Below, in pieces: positions 1 through 17,517 of a DNA stretch of 64,000 nt (positions are counted from its first letter, which is position 1; the number at the start of each line of letters is the position of its first letter). The DNA lies in assembly GCF_009914755.1 (NCBI RefSeq), contig NC_060940.1; one strand, given 5' to 3'. Origin of the DNA: the human T2T-CHM13v2.0 reference genome, Homo sapiens. A program made the position numbers and the translations under genes. Under the pieces are notes generated by a model that had not been told where the DNA came from, made no database searches, and was given only the letters and a program-made list of their open reading frames with translations.

Positions 1-436
1 ATCTGGCCCCAACTAGAAGGAAGAAACCAGAAACCTCTAACACTGGTGGTGGGAAAGTCATTGACTTAGCAGAGAAAGAGCAGGTTTCAAGAACTGGGGA
101 TTTTTCTGTCATCTTGGTTTTGAATTCGTAGCCTAAAATGTGTATTACCTCTGGGTATAATATTCTCCCTGTTCACGAGGAGGTGACCAAAGGAGAATCT
201 GGAGCAGGGTGTCAAGGTCATGCCAGGCACTTTATTTCTGAGAGGGCCCTGGGTACGCTGGGTGTGCAAGGTTCAAATCCCACCCTAGCTCTGATCAGCA
301 GGTGGAAGACAAAAAATGCCCAGGCTTCAGAGTCAGACCTCACTCCGCTGCCCACTACTCTGGGTGCCCTTTATAAGATACTAGACTTCTCAGAGCTTCA
401 GTTTCTTCAAATCTAAAATGGGGGTAGCACTGGCTA

Positions 437-738
<302 letters not shown>

Positions 739-1734
739 TTACAAAACTAAACATACTCTTATCATAAAATCCAGCAATTACATTCCTTGGTTTTTGCCCA
801 AAGGAGTTGCATTTGGTATTGACAGTGTTCTGGAGTTTAGCCATTCTAATAGGTGTGTAGCAATATGTCACTGTTGTCTGTTAATTTGCATTTCCCTGAT
901 GACATATGATCCAGATCATCTTTTCAATGCTTTTTGCCATCTGTGTATCTTCCTCAGTGAGGTGTCTGTTAAGGTCTTTTGCCCACTTTTTAATCATTTT
1001 TGTTTATTAATATTAATCATTTTTGTTTATTAATAAATTTTAATCATTTTTGTTTATTTAATATTATGATGTGGGTCTAATATTGGGTCTTAAAATATTG
1101 AGTTTTAAGAGTTCTTTATATTTGAAATAATAGTCCTTTATCAGATACGTCTTTTGCAAATACATTTTTTTCCTAGCCAGTCGCTTGTCTTTTCATTCTC
1201 TTGACGTTGTCCTTCACAGAGCAGAAGTTTTTAAGTTTAATGAAGTCCAGCTTATCAATTATTTCTTTCATGGATCTTGCCTTTGGTGTCATATCTAAAA
1301 AGTTGTCACCAAACCCAAGATCATCTACATTTTTCTCCTATGTTATCTTTCAGGAATCTTACAGTTTTGCATTTTACATTTAGTTCTGTGTCCATTTTGA
1401 GTTAATTTTTGTGAAAAGTGGAAGGTCTGTGTCTAGATTCCTTTTCTTATATATGGATATCCAGTTATTCCAGCACCATTGGTTGAAAAGACTCTCTTTT
1501 TCACATTGTATTGCTTTTGCTCCTTTGCCAAAGATCGGTTGACTGTATTGATGTGGGTCTATTTCTGGGTTCTCAATTCTGTTCCATTCATCTATTTGTT
1601 CACCAATACCATTGGTGAACTGTTTTGATTGCTGTAACTTTACATAGTTAAGTCTCGAAGTTGGGTAGTTTCAGTCCTCCAACTTTGTTCTTCTCCTTCA
1701 GTAGTGTGTTGACTATTCTGGGTTTTTTGGGGGC

Positions 1735-1868
1735 TTTTTTTGGTTTTTTTTAGAGATAGGGTCTCACTATATTGCCCAAGCTGGTCTTGAATTCCTGGGC
1801 TCAAGCAATCCTCTGGCCTCAGCCTCCCAAAGTGCTTGGATTACAGGGATGAGCCACAGCACTTGGCC
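1735..1868 (-). mobile_element. Alu left monomer (FLAM-like)
   Basis: Single Alu monomer with T tail. Confidence 0.8.
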
Positions 1869-2035
1869 TGTTTTGGTTTTTTACCTCTCCATGTACACCT
1901 TAGAATCCGTTTGTCAGTATCACAAAATAACTTGCTGAGATTTTGACTGGGATTGTATTGAATCTGTAGATCAAATTGGGAAGAACTGACATCTTTACAA
2001 TATTGAATCTTTCTGTCTATAAACATAGAATATCT

Positions 2036-3032
2036 TGTAGGGTCCAGCCCCACTGGGTCGGTGGGTTTTCTCCCTGTGTGCGGAGACGAGAGATTGTAGA
2101 AATAAAGACACAAGACAAAGAGATAAGAGAAAAGACAGCTGGGCCCGGGGGACCACTACTACCAAGACGCGGAGACCGGTAGTGGCCTCGAATGCCAGGC
2201 TGCGCTGATATTTATTGGATACAAGACAAAGGGTCAGGGTAAGGAGTGTGAGCCATCTCCAATGATTGACAAGGTTACGTGAGTCACGCCACTTGGACGG
2301 GGGCCCTTGCCTGCCTGGCAGCTGAGGCAGAGAGAGAGAGGGAGAGAGAGAGGACAGCTTACACCATTATTTCTGCATATCAGAGACTTTTAGTACTTTC
2401 ACTAATTTTGCTACTGCTAGCTAAAAGGCAGAGCCAGGTGTACAGGTGTGAAGGCAGACTAGGAGCATGACCACTGAAGCACAGCATCACAGGGAGATGG
2501 TTAGGCCTCCAGATAACTGCGGGCGGGCCTAACTGATGTTAGGCCCTCCACAAGAGGTGGAGGAGCAGAGTCTTCTCTAAACTCCCCTGGGGAAAGGGAG
2601 ACTCCCTTTCCCGGTCTGCTAAGTAGCGGGTGTTTTCCCTTGGCACTGACGCTACCGTTAGACCACGGTCCACTTGGCAACGGGCATCTTCCCAGACGCT
2701 GGCATTACTGCTAGACCAAGGAGCCCTCTGGTGGCCCTGTCCGGGCATGACAGAGGGCTCGCACTCTTGTCTTCTGGTCACTTCTCACTATGTCCCCTCA
2801 GCTCCTATCTCTGTATGGCCTGGTTTTTCCTAGGTTATGATTATAGAGCGAGGATTATTATATATTGGAATAAAGAGTAATTGCTACAAACTAATGAATA
2901 ATAATAGTCATATATAATCATGTCTATGATCTAGATCTAGTATAACTCTTGTTGTTTTATATATTTTATTATACTGGAACAACTCGTGCCCTCGGTCTCT
3001 TGCCTCGGCACCTGGATGGCTTGCCACCCACA
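2036..3032 (-). mobile_element. Solo ERVK LTR13 (~997 bp) with 6-bp TSD ATATCT/ACATCT
   Basis: TG...CA termini; minus-strand start TGTGGGTGGCAAGCCATCCAGGTGCCGAGGCAAGAGACCGAGGGCACGAG matches recalled LTR13 consensus; flanks 2030-2035 and 3033-3038. Confidence 0.85.
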
Positions 3033-3360
3033 ACATCTCTCCACTTACTTAGTTCTTCTTTGATTTCTTTCATCAGAGTTTTATAGTTTTCCTCATATAG
3101 ATCTTATACTTATTTTGTTAGATTTATACTTAAGTATTTCATTTTGCTGGGGGTGCTAAGGTAAACCCTGTATCTTTAATTTCAAATCCTACTTGTTCGT
3201 TGCTGGTGTATAGGAAAGCAAATATACAGAAGTTGACTTTTGTATGTTAACTTTGTACACTGCAACCTTGCTATATCATTTATTACTTCCAGGAAATTTT
3301 TTTTGGTAGTTCTTTTGGATTTTCTCCGTAGACAATTATGTCATCTATGAAGAAAAACAC

Positions 3361-4130
<770 letters not shown>

Positions 4131-4653
4131 CTATAGGTATTTTTAGACATTCTCTATCAAGTTAACAAAGTTCCCCTCTATTCCTAGTTTTCTGAGAGTT
4201 TTTATCTTGAATGGGTATTGGATTTTGTCAAATACTTTTTCTGTATTTATTGATAGGATCATTTGATTTTTCTCCTTTAGCCTATTGATTGGATGGATTA
4301 CATTAATTGATTTTTGAATGTTGAGCCTGCTTTGAATACCTGGGATAAATCCCATTTAGTTGTGGAGCATTATTCTCTTTATATGTTGTTGTATTCAATT
4401 TGCTAATATTTTCTTGAAAATCTTGCATCTCTGTCCATGAGAGATATGGGTCTGTAGTTTCCTTGTAATGTCTTTTTCTGGTATTGGTATGAGGATAATG
4501 CTGGCCTCATGGAATAAGTCAGGAAGTATTCTCTCTGCTTTTGTCTTCTGAAAGATTATAGATAATTGGTTTAATTTTTTCCTTAAATGTTTGGTGGGAT
4601 TCTCTAGTGAACCGAACCCATCTGGGCCTGGTGCCTTCTGTTTTGGAAGGTAA

Positions 4654-4968
<315 letters not shown>

Positions 4969-4992
4969 GGAAGGTAATTATTTATTTATTCA

Positions 4993-5290
<298 letters not shown>

Positions 5291-5727
5291 CAATTTGTTT
5301 AATAGATTTAGGCCTATTTAGATTATTTCTTCTTTTGTGAGTTTTAGCAGATCGGGTCTTTCAAGGAATTGTTCCAGTTCATCTAGGTTATCAAATTTGT
5401 GGACATAAAGTTATTCATGGTATTCTTTGATTATCCTTTTATTATCCATGGGATCTGTAATGATGTCCCATCTTTCATTCCTGATTTTAGTAATTTGTGT
5501 GCCCTCTCTATTTTTCTTAGTTAGCCTGGCTAGAAACTTGTTGATTTACTGATCTTTTCAAACAACCAGCTTTTGGTTTTATTGATTTTCTTTATTGATT
5601 TCTTGTCTTCAATTTTATTGATTTCTGCTCTAATTTTAATTATTTCTTTACTTCTGCTTACTTTGGATTAAATTTGCTGTTGTTTTTCTACTTTCCTAAG
5701 ATGAAACTCAGATGATTGACTTTAGAT

Positions 5728-6038
<311 letters not shown>

Positions 6039-6723
6039 TAGATCTTCTTTTCTAATATATGCATTTGATGCTATAAATATTCTTCTAAGCACCTTTTGCT
6101 GCATTCCACAAGTTTTGATAAGTTATGTTTTCATTTTTATTTTGTTCAAAATATTTATAAAGTTTTCTGGAGATTTCTTCTTTGATCCGTGTGTTATTTA
6201 GAAGTGTGTTTTTTAATCTCCAAGTATTTGGGGATTTTCCAGCTACATTTCTGTTACAGACTTTTAGTCTAATTTCATTGTGGCCTGAGATCAGACATTG
6301 TATGGTTTCTAGTCTTTTATATTTAAGGGGTTCTGATGCTTACTATTTTTCTTCAGATTGTATTTTTGCCCTTTAGTATGTCTTGTAATTTTTCCTCGAT
6401 AGCTGGACATGAAGTACTATGTAAAAGGAACTGTGGTAAACAGGCCTGTATGAATGTGGTGGTGAGGTGGTGGGGGACAAGAATCCTTCTGTAGTCCTGT
6501 GATTGGGTGTCAATCTTTTGGTGAGCCGGTTCCTCTGGACTGGGAACTTCCCACACGCTTCTCAGAATTTTCCCCTTCCTAGGTGGGACAGGATGACCAG
6601 AAGGTGCTGCAGTTTGGTATTTCACTTCCCCTAGGTCAGTTAAGAGTCTGATAAAACACTTTCAGGTTAGGCTGTAATTCAGTAAGTTTCTCCTGAGGGT
6701 AGACCTTGTTAAGAAAAACTGGA

Positions 6724-7060
<337 letters not shown>

Positions 7061-7126
7061 TTATATTAGAAGACATAGACATAGGCTGCTGTCCAAGTAA
7101 TTTTCTCCCCAAACCCAGAGTAATAA

Positions 7127-7399
<273 letters not shown>

Positions 7400-7609
7400 T
7401 GAGTGCTTCTTCCCTCTGCCTCTCCACTCCCTCCCCTCCATGGCTTCTCCTCCTCTCCTGAGCTACTGCGGGCATTACCCCAGCAGGCAGGCAGACCTAA
7501 AGATAGAACACGGCCCCTCTCCTGGGGCTGCCTGCTCTACTTCTCATCCTCCGTGACCTTGGGCATGCCGTGGAAGCTCTTGACACCCCTGATGCCGTAT
7601 CTGCTCTGT

Positions 7610-8525
7610 AGGAAAAGCCAGCTGTTTTTCTGTAAGCTCTTGCTCAGTACTTCCAGCACTTCTGTGACCAGATGTGTTGAGTTTTTTTCCACACCAACAA
7701 ATTATCCAACTCTCCAGACACCCACTGGGTGTCCTATAATCGAACTCAATTCTGACACTAATAACCCAGGGTTAGTGCAGACTTCATAGGTTAAGGACTC
7801 AGTCCCACAAGACTGCGCTCCTTGTCAGACACCATCTGCAGTGTTGAGCTCTCAGGTTACCCACAACATCTGTCTGATTTCACTACAAATCAGAGGTTCT
7901 TGGACCCTCTCCTCAGGTTTGATCATTTGCTAGAATGGCTCACAGAATTCAGGCAAACAGTCCACTTACTAGGGCGCCAGTTTATTACAAAGGATATGTT
8001 ACAGGATACACATGAACAGCCAGATGAAGAGATAGGTAGGGTGAGGTCTGGAAGGGTCCCGAGCATGGGAGCTTCTGACCCTGTGGAGTTGGGAGTGAGC
8101 CACCCTCCCAGCACATGGGTGCGTTCTTAATCACCAAGGGAAGCTCCTCAAACCCTGTAGTTCCAAATTTTTACGGAGGCTTCATCACATAGGCATGATG
8201 GATTATTAACTCAGTCTCTAGCTTCCCTCCCATACCGGGAGGGTAGGGGGTGGGGCTGAAAGTTCCCAGCTTCTAATCATGCCTTGCTCTTTCTGTGATC
8301 AGCCCCCATCCAGGACCTCATTGCCTCATTGGAACCAAAGATGCCCCTGTCACCCAGGAAATTCCAAAGGATTTAGGAGCTCTGCGTCAGGAGCCAGGAT
8401 CACAGACCAGATAATAGAACAAAAGATGCTCCTAGCACCCCTGCTGCTTAGGAAATGACACAGGTTTTAGGATCTCTGTGTCAGGAACTGGAGGCTGAGA
8501 CCAACACATATGTTATCATTTCACA
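7610..8525 (-). mobile_element. MER21-family LTR
   Basis: Minus-strand start tgtgaaatg...ggtctcagcctccagttcctgacacagagatcctaaaac resembles recalled MER21 consensus. Confidence 0.65.
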
Positions 8526-8809
8526 GTGATAGGTCAAACAGGTCATGGTAATGGTGGGAGCTACCTCACTGGGGGCCTATGGGGGTGAAAGGAGATCATG
8601 GGTGCCCTCAGCACACCACTTGGGTGAAGGGTTAGTACCAGACCCCACTTCTGGTTTTGTCTGCCAGCCTGGGGCTTTTTTTTTCCCCTTACCTATTAGA
8701 TTATTTCATAACTCTTTTCCTACCAGAAATGCATCTCCTGCTAGACTGGTCCAGATCAAAACCCTGCTCTTTCACTGAGGCTCTCCCGGTTGGCATATCC
8801 TGCAGAATC

Positions 8810-8986
8810 CCTCCGTCCAGAGATCAGTCGGTCCTGTGGTTGTTTCACAAGTGACTCCTCTGTCCAGAGATCAGTCGGTCCTGTGGTTGTTTCACAGGTG
8901 ACACCTCCGTCCAGAGATCAGTTGGCCCTGTGGTTGTTTCACAGGTGACCCCTCCATCCAGAGATCAGTTGGTCCTGTGGTTCTTT
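8810..8986. repeat. 47-bp minisatellite, about 3.7 copies
   Basis: CCAGAGATCAG recurs at 8817, 8864, 8911 and 8958. Confidence 0.95.
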
Positions 8987-11557
8987 ACCCCTGGTGGTCA
9001 TTTCACTCACCCTCATATGCAGTCGTTCCTGTGTCCATCTTCCTTCCTGGAGCCCACATTCCTCCAGGCCAGGACTGTGGCTTCTCTCTGAATTGCCCCA
9101 CAGCTTTTTTCCAAGTGCTCTGCTCACAGTAGACATCAAATAGATGCTTGTTGAGTCATGGTGCGGGAATGAGGGAGCCTAGAGAATATCTTTCTGGATC
9201 CTCTACTGTTGATACTAGAAGGAGCCTAAGAAGCCACCCGGCTGATGGTTTTCTGACCCTGCCTTTATCAGCAGAGCCTTTTTTCAAATGAGGTGTTGCA
9301 CAAAAGCCTGATGTGTGGCTGTGTAAAACAGAAATAAACAGTCTTCTAGCCAAAGCCCCATTCCCACAGTTCAGGGGGCCATAGGCCCAGGAATTCCATA
9401 GGATGTCACTGCCCAACTAGGAAACTGCTCAGTTAGCTGAACCCCTTCTGAGGGCCAGAGGAGGACAGGATTTGTCCCAATCCAGACACTCGGCCAGGGA
9501 ATAAGGGCTGAAACTCATCTCTCAACCTAGTCCAGCCCTCCCCCTCTTTGGATTGTCATTATCAAGTTGATTGATTGTATATTATCAGGACTCTCTTAAC
9601 CACAGGTGCCAGAAGCCCATGCCAGAAGCCCAACCCAAAGTGGCTTAAACCAAAGAGAAATTTATAGGCTGGTATAACTAAAAGATTCAGAGGTAGCACT
9701 GGCTCATGCATGAGTGGACCGGGGTGACAAGATATCAGATGGCACCTGACTGTCACCACCACAGGCAGACTGTTCACCATCTCAGCTCTGTCCCCTTCCT
9801 TTGTCACAATGACGAAGCCACCGCATCTCCCGGCTAATGGTGTACCAGCCTGGAAAGACAGCCTCCCTCTCTGATTGGCTTCAGCACAAGTCACAGGAAT
9901 GACTGCCTGGTCTGACCCGTCTCCTGTGTGCTTTCTTTGGGAGTAAAGAGTTAACAGGCCCTTCCCCCTTCCACAGAGAGTGCTTCCCTTATCCTGCGGA
10001 AGCTCTGCCCCTGGATGAAGGAGGAGAGCGGCTATGTTAGTGCTGATGACTGGCACACTGCACTTGCGCTAGGAAGACAGCATGAACTGCACCCCTCCAG
10101 GGAAGCCACGGCCTGGGCTCCCCTGCATACAGTGGTTCCTTAACTGGGCACGAGTCCCTTGCTGGGACTTAGGAAAACTCTGCCTAAAGTCCATTGCAAG
10201 AAATACTGATCCCTGTGGGATGTATATGTGGCTGGTTCCCTTGCTCACTGAGAGACTAGAAAACAGCACCTGGACCCCTGGGCTGGTTCCCTCTGAGGAA
10301 AGGATCTGTGTCATGAGTGAAGCCCGGGCAGGTGTGGTCTGTTCAACTTTGATCATCTGGTTGAGCCTAAGGTGACCAAGAGTGGGCGGTGCACCCCTGA
10401 TTCTGTTGCTGTGACTGAGGAAATGCTAAGCTCTGTTTGGCCAGGCCTGGGCAGCCTGCCTCTGGAGTAGGGGTGGAGAGCCATCCTGCAACACGAGGTT
10501 ACCAGGAGAAGGAGTTTTGGTTGGGCACAGACATCCAGTGTCCACTCCAGGATGTTTGGGAGACACCTTGAGAACTCTTCCTAAAAGCTGCACTTAACCA
10601 AGCTCCTGGTGGTTCTGTGATCCCTTACATTTTCTCCAGAGGCAGAGAGTTGGCTGACTGACTTTTGCCCTTGGGCAGATTGTGAGGCTCTACCCAGCAT
10701 GCTGGTATATTATGTTCCCTCAGATGGGGGTGAGACCCTTGGCCTGGGGGCTGTAAAATGATCTGTTTCTGTGAGGAGACTTTCCATGGTGAGATTGCTA
10801 GTGTCTCAGAGAATAAAGGACAGAACCAGTCCAAGTCAAAGCACTTACCTAGCTGAGCCTGACTCTTCCCGTGTTATTGATCTGAGGGGTGGGTGGGTGG
10901 GGGCATCTGTCTCGATTTCACACCAACAGACCTATTCCCCTCACGAAAGCGTCATAGGTGACAACAAGGACTCTGGAAACAGGCAGACTGACTGTTCCAA
11001 TCCTGGCTCACCAAATTCAGCTTCACCATGCCTCTGTTTCTTTGTCTGTAAAATGGGCATAATTGTAGGCCTGCTCACAGAGTTGTGTGAGGATTCGAGA
11101 AACAGAGTGTGCAAAGGCTTGAGCTCAGCCCTGACACACGAAGAAATGTTGTCGTGATTGCTTAGATGAAATCGGAGTCATCTATTTTAAAAAACTGCAA
11201 GAAATGAATCAGCTGTTAAGTGGTCCATTATCACCTACTTGATCAATAAGGCTTTCTCAGTTCCCATCAGTGAAGTTGAGATAGTCTCAAATTGTTTATC
11301 GAAATGAACTGCTATTAACAAAGTAAAATTTTTACTAGCACCTGGATGATGTTGTGTGTTACTCGGGCTGGGTGATTTTAAGGTCTTGTCCAGCTCTAAT
11401 GTTTAAGGTTCAGTATACCACCTGCATAATGGGGTGATAATATGAAGTGCAAAATGAGTTAACTATATTTTCAAAGTGCTGTTTTTTTTTAACATAAGCT
11501 ATTTTTTCTGCTTTTTTTCTTACGATTTTTCCTGAAATATGGTCTTCTAAATTTCAG

Positions 11558-11611
11558 ATTCTTCTTTACTGCCAACCAGGTAAAGATTTACACCAATCAA
11601 GAGAAAACCAG
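11558..11611 (+). CDS. USB1: USB1 coding exon 4 (54 nt, symmetric phase 2-2)
   Basis: tttcag|A TTC TTC TTT ACT GCC AAC CAG...AAA ACC AG|gtgggt; FFFTANQVKIYTNQEKTR joins exons 3 and 5 in frame. Confidence 0.95.
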
Positions 11612-11715
11612 GTGGGTCCTCCCAACCCCCAATCACCATCAGAGGAAGATTCTTTGGTGCAAAAATTGAGTGCTTTGTTTCTGGACTTGTTTGTCCCATT
11701 TTTTGTTTGCTTTTA

Positions 11716-12527
<812 letters not shown>

Positions 12528-12744
12528 TCATCTCTGTGACCTTTCATTTTCACACTGGCACACGCCTCCCAACATCCACTGTTGGGCAGTTGTAAGGCTC
12601 AAATGAGCCCCAAGGCCTTTGAAAAGTTAAAAGTATTAAAGTGTTAGATGAACATAAGAAGAAATGATTATCCTGCCTTCAAAGCGAGCCTCCCTGTCTG
12701 ATGCACTCACTGGGCCACCTTCTCTGAGCACTTCTGAAAGGGGC

Positions 12745-14250
12745 CTCATTTATTCATTCATTTATTCCATGCTGCACAAGTTTGTTAAGCACCCACTTGT
12801 GCCAGGCATTTGCTGTACACTAAGGATTCATCAGTGAAGAGGTAGACACAGCCCCTGCTCTTTTCAATCTCATATTCAGAGGGGAGACAGATAATAAACA
12901 AGTAATGAGAGTGTTTGTTAATAACTGTGGTGTGATAGGGTCAGGAGTGGGTAGTCCAGGAGGGTACCAGGGAAGTGGCCAGGGAGATGGCATTTGATGG
13001 TGACCTGAGAATGAGAAGCCAGCCTTGGGAAGAGCTGTTGCAAGAGCTTCAAGCAGAGGACATAGCAAACTAAGTGACTCCGAGGCAGGGAAGATTTCAG
13101 CATGTTTGAGGAGGCCAGTGAGGCAGACCCCAGAAAGCACGAGGGAGAATGATAGGAGATGAGATGGGTAGGGTTAGCCCATCCAGGGGCTGCAAGCTCA
13201 AGTAAGGAGTTTGAATTTTCAGTATAATGGAAGCCATTGGAGGGATTTGAACAGAGGAGAGGCATGACCTGATCTATATCTGGGGATGTCAGTCTGGCTA
13301 GTGGTGTGTCTGTGGCCATGGAGTCTGGGGGCAAGATAGAAGGGAGCAAGAGTGGATGCAGGGAAACCAGAGAGGAGCCAGGTGTCATTGTCCAGGTGAG
13401 GGACCATTGGTGGCCTAGATTAGGGTGATGGCCATGGAAGACCAAGAGGTGGACACATTGGAGATACACTAGAGGCAGAAGCAACCAAATTACCAATGGG
13501 TTGGATTTATGTGAAGCAAGGGGAAGACGAACATTGATTCCTGGGTTTGAGGCTAGAACAACTGGCCCCGTTTTCTGTGATAAGAGACACTGGTGGGATG
13601 AAAAGCAAAAGTGCTGCTTTGTACCTGTTTGTTTGTACCTGCTAGGTTTTGCTATCTATTGGACCCCTAGGTGGAAATGTCACATATACAACTGGGTGTT
13701 CAGGAGAGGGACCAGCTGGAGATAGAAATGTGGGCAGTGTTGGCCTGTGTGGGAAGCGGGGCTGGGTGAGATCAGCCTCCTGGAGAGTGCAGATGGAGAA
13801 GATCCAGTGATCTTCACCACGGGGAGGCTGGAGAGGAGAGAGGGTGGCAGAGGACACTGAACCGGGAGACAGGAGGCAGGATTAAACCAAGACTGCGTGG
13901 CAGGTGATGTCTTGGGAGCCAAGAGAGAAAAGGGTTTCAAGGAGGGAAGAGTCCACTGTGTGAGATACTGCTGGGTGCGTACGAGGCGGACAGCGAAGTG
14001 TCCCTTGGATTTGGTAACGTGGAGGTTGTTGGCAACTTTGACAAGAGGACTCCCAGCAAAGTGGGTTGAAGATGGGAGGTGAGAAAGAGATAGTGATGGT
14101 GGACAAATGGTCTTTTTGAGAAGTTTCACTGAGAATGGGATGGGGACGTGCTGAAACCGTGGGTTCAGGGGAGAGTTTTTAAAGATGAGAGAGCATGCCT
14201 GAGTGCTTGTGGGAGGCGTGGCAGATGCCTGGGAGCAAAGTCCTCGAGAA
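12745..14250 (-). mobile_element. LINE-2 remnant
   Basis: Begins with the attcattcattt reverse L2 tail followed by typical L2 3' sequence; degraded RT-like residues in the minus-strand ORF (LVKVANNLHVTKSKGHF). Confidence 0.75.
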
Positions 14251-14448
14251 GAGGCCTCCTTGAGGACAGGAGTCATTTGCAATTGGAATGATGATGGAGA
14301 ATGGGGGTGCAGAAGCTTCTGGGTTTGTGACTTGGCAGTGGTGGGTGAAGGCGTTCCTGGAAGGGTTATTAGATCCAGAGAAGGGAGGAGAGCTGTGTGG
14401 GTGAGAACTGGGAAAGGAAGATTTACAGACAGAGAATCTGAGGACTGA

Positions 14449-14751
<303 letters not shown>

Positions 14752-15374
14752 TAATGAGAATAAAACTGTCTTTAAAGAAGCCCTCGTAAGAGGCAAACCG
14801 AAGACCCTTCAGAACCTCCCGTGTCGGTGCTCTGAATGCCAGCCTTCTGAGGATGCACACCTCGGGGGGTGAGGGCTTTGAGGTGTAGTCAGATGCAGCC
14901 CACCCAAAGTCCAACATTTCTTAGAAATTTTGCTTTATATCCTAAATACGCCCGAGATTTGTACCTTCTGCTCCATAATGTTCCCGTGTTGTTTTCACAT
15001 TTTTTAAGTAGATGTCCCTAATAATTTTTGGTCAGATTGACCCTCAGAGAGGAGTTGTAGCTTCACACACCTTCCTGCACCTTGCCCAGGCCCTCCAAGG
15101 GCACTTGGACTCTAAGTCGACTCTCAGGGCTTTGAAGGGCCATTCATTTTATTTGATATATGTTTTTAAACCGTGCTGAGGGAGATAAGTATGAATTTGA
15201 ATGGAGACAATTATTGTTGCTTCAAAACTTGAGACTTTGGGGATTTTGTTCATGTCATCTGAAAAGTATGGTGTATACTGGAATGTCCTAGATCAGAATA
15301 GAGGGTGGATTTTCTTTCATGTCACAGATGTAATGACCCTCTGATACTTCAGGGAAAGCCTCTGTGAATACGAC

Positions 15375-16056
<682 letters not shown>

Positions 16057-16244
16057 AGGACCAGTCCTGTGCTGTTTTGTCTGTCTGTGGAGGGTGCTTG
16101 GGATCAACACTGAGTATCTTGTCTCCCACTGGGCAGGCCAGGGATCCAGCAGGGATGTCACGACAGCTCTGTCACAGACCTGCTGTGAGGGCAGGGCCTG
16201 CCAAGGCGTCCGGGTGACTGCCTGCCTCTCGTTTCCCTCCCCAG

Positions 16245-16328
16245 GATCCTTCTTTCCACCTCAGCCTGGCCTGGTGTGTGGGTGATGCACGTCTCCAGCT
16301 GGAGGGGCAGTGCCTGCAGGAACTACAG
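16245..16328 (+). CDS. USB1: USB1 coding exon 6 (84 nt), second catalytic HxS motif (His208, CAC at 16257)
   Basis: ccccag|GAT CCT TCT TTC CAC CTC AGC...CTA CAG|gtgaat; [28 protein letters not shown]. Confidence 0.96.
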
Positions 16329-16464
16329 GTGAATTTCCAGGGCGGGAGCACAGAGGGCGCTGAACTCCAGAAATGACAGGACAGATGCTGGAGAGGGGGA
16401 GGATGAGGCACCCAAACCTGAATCCCTGGGAAACAAATGACATGGCAGGAGACCCCAACACCTT

Positions 16465-16633
16465 CCCTTGTGACTCAAGGTGTGGCCCCTGGACCAGCAG
16501 CTTCAGTGTCACCTGAAGCTTATTAACAATACAGATCTTTGCCCCCACCCCCACCAAGACCTAAGAAATCAGAATTACATTTTAACAAGATCTCTGGGGA
16601 TTTGTGTGCACATTACAGTTCTAGGGAGCACTG
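16465..16633. mobile_element. MER5A-like hAT MITE
   Basis: ggaccagcagc...aaatcagaattacattttaacaagatc...tgcacattacagtt resembles MER5A. Confidence 0.7.
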
Positions 16634-17385
16634 CCCTAGAACACTGATCTGCGAGGAGGCTGCAGGCTTTCCCTGAAGTCCTAGCCACTTGCCCAGAGGT
16701 CAGAGGCTTGGGCCTGGCACTGAAAATGGGTGAAATGTACCAGGGGTAAGGAACATCCAGCCCCCAGAGTCTATCAGATTTTGATAAGTAGCTGAAAGAT
16801 TCCACTTTCCCATCTGCGCCCTTGGAGGAGAACCAGCAAGTTACATGAAGTGGTAAGCGGCGGCTGATACTCCAGCCCTGGTTGGGGAGACAGTAGGGAG
16901 TGTGGCCATGCGGGAAGATGGCCTAGAGTTGCCAGCACTTCTGTTTCATAAGAGAAGCCAGAAACCTAGATTTTTACATGTAATCTGTCAGTTTTCAAAT
17001 GTCAGCAACTAATTTGGATGTTTAAAAAACATTTTGCAACCAAACCAAACGTGCAGGCTGGATGCAGCTGTGGTCCCTCGTTAAGGAGCCACCTTGCTCT
17101 TGGCCTGATGTTGCTGGAGGTGGCAAAGAGCTCTAGTTTGGGCTCCGGCAGACCTGGGTCCCAGGCCTGGTTTTATTGGTTTCTGTGATCCAGGGCTCTG
17201 AGCATCTGTGTCCTCATCTGTAAAGTTGAGATGATAGGACCAACCTCAGAGATTACAGAAGTGATCAGACAAGATCACCAATGCAGAGCCTGGAGCCTGC
17301 AGCCTCAGCCTCGCCCAGCCTCTGAAGTTGGGTGAGCTGGTTTTGTTTGCAGTGCCCTGTGGGTCCCAGATGCCCCTTAATGTGA

Positions 17386-17517
<132 letters not shown>

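Noticed and set aside
8810-8986. Regularly spaced repeats resembling a CRISPR array
   Set aside because: Head-to-tail units without unique spacers, no cas genes, mammalian intron
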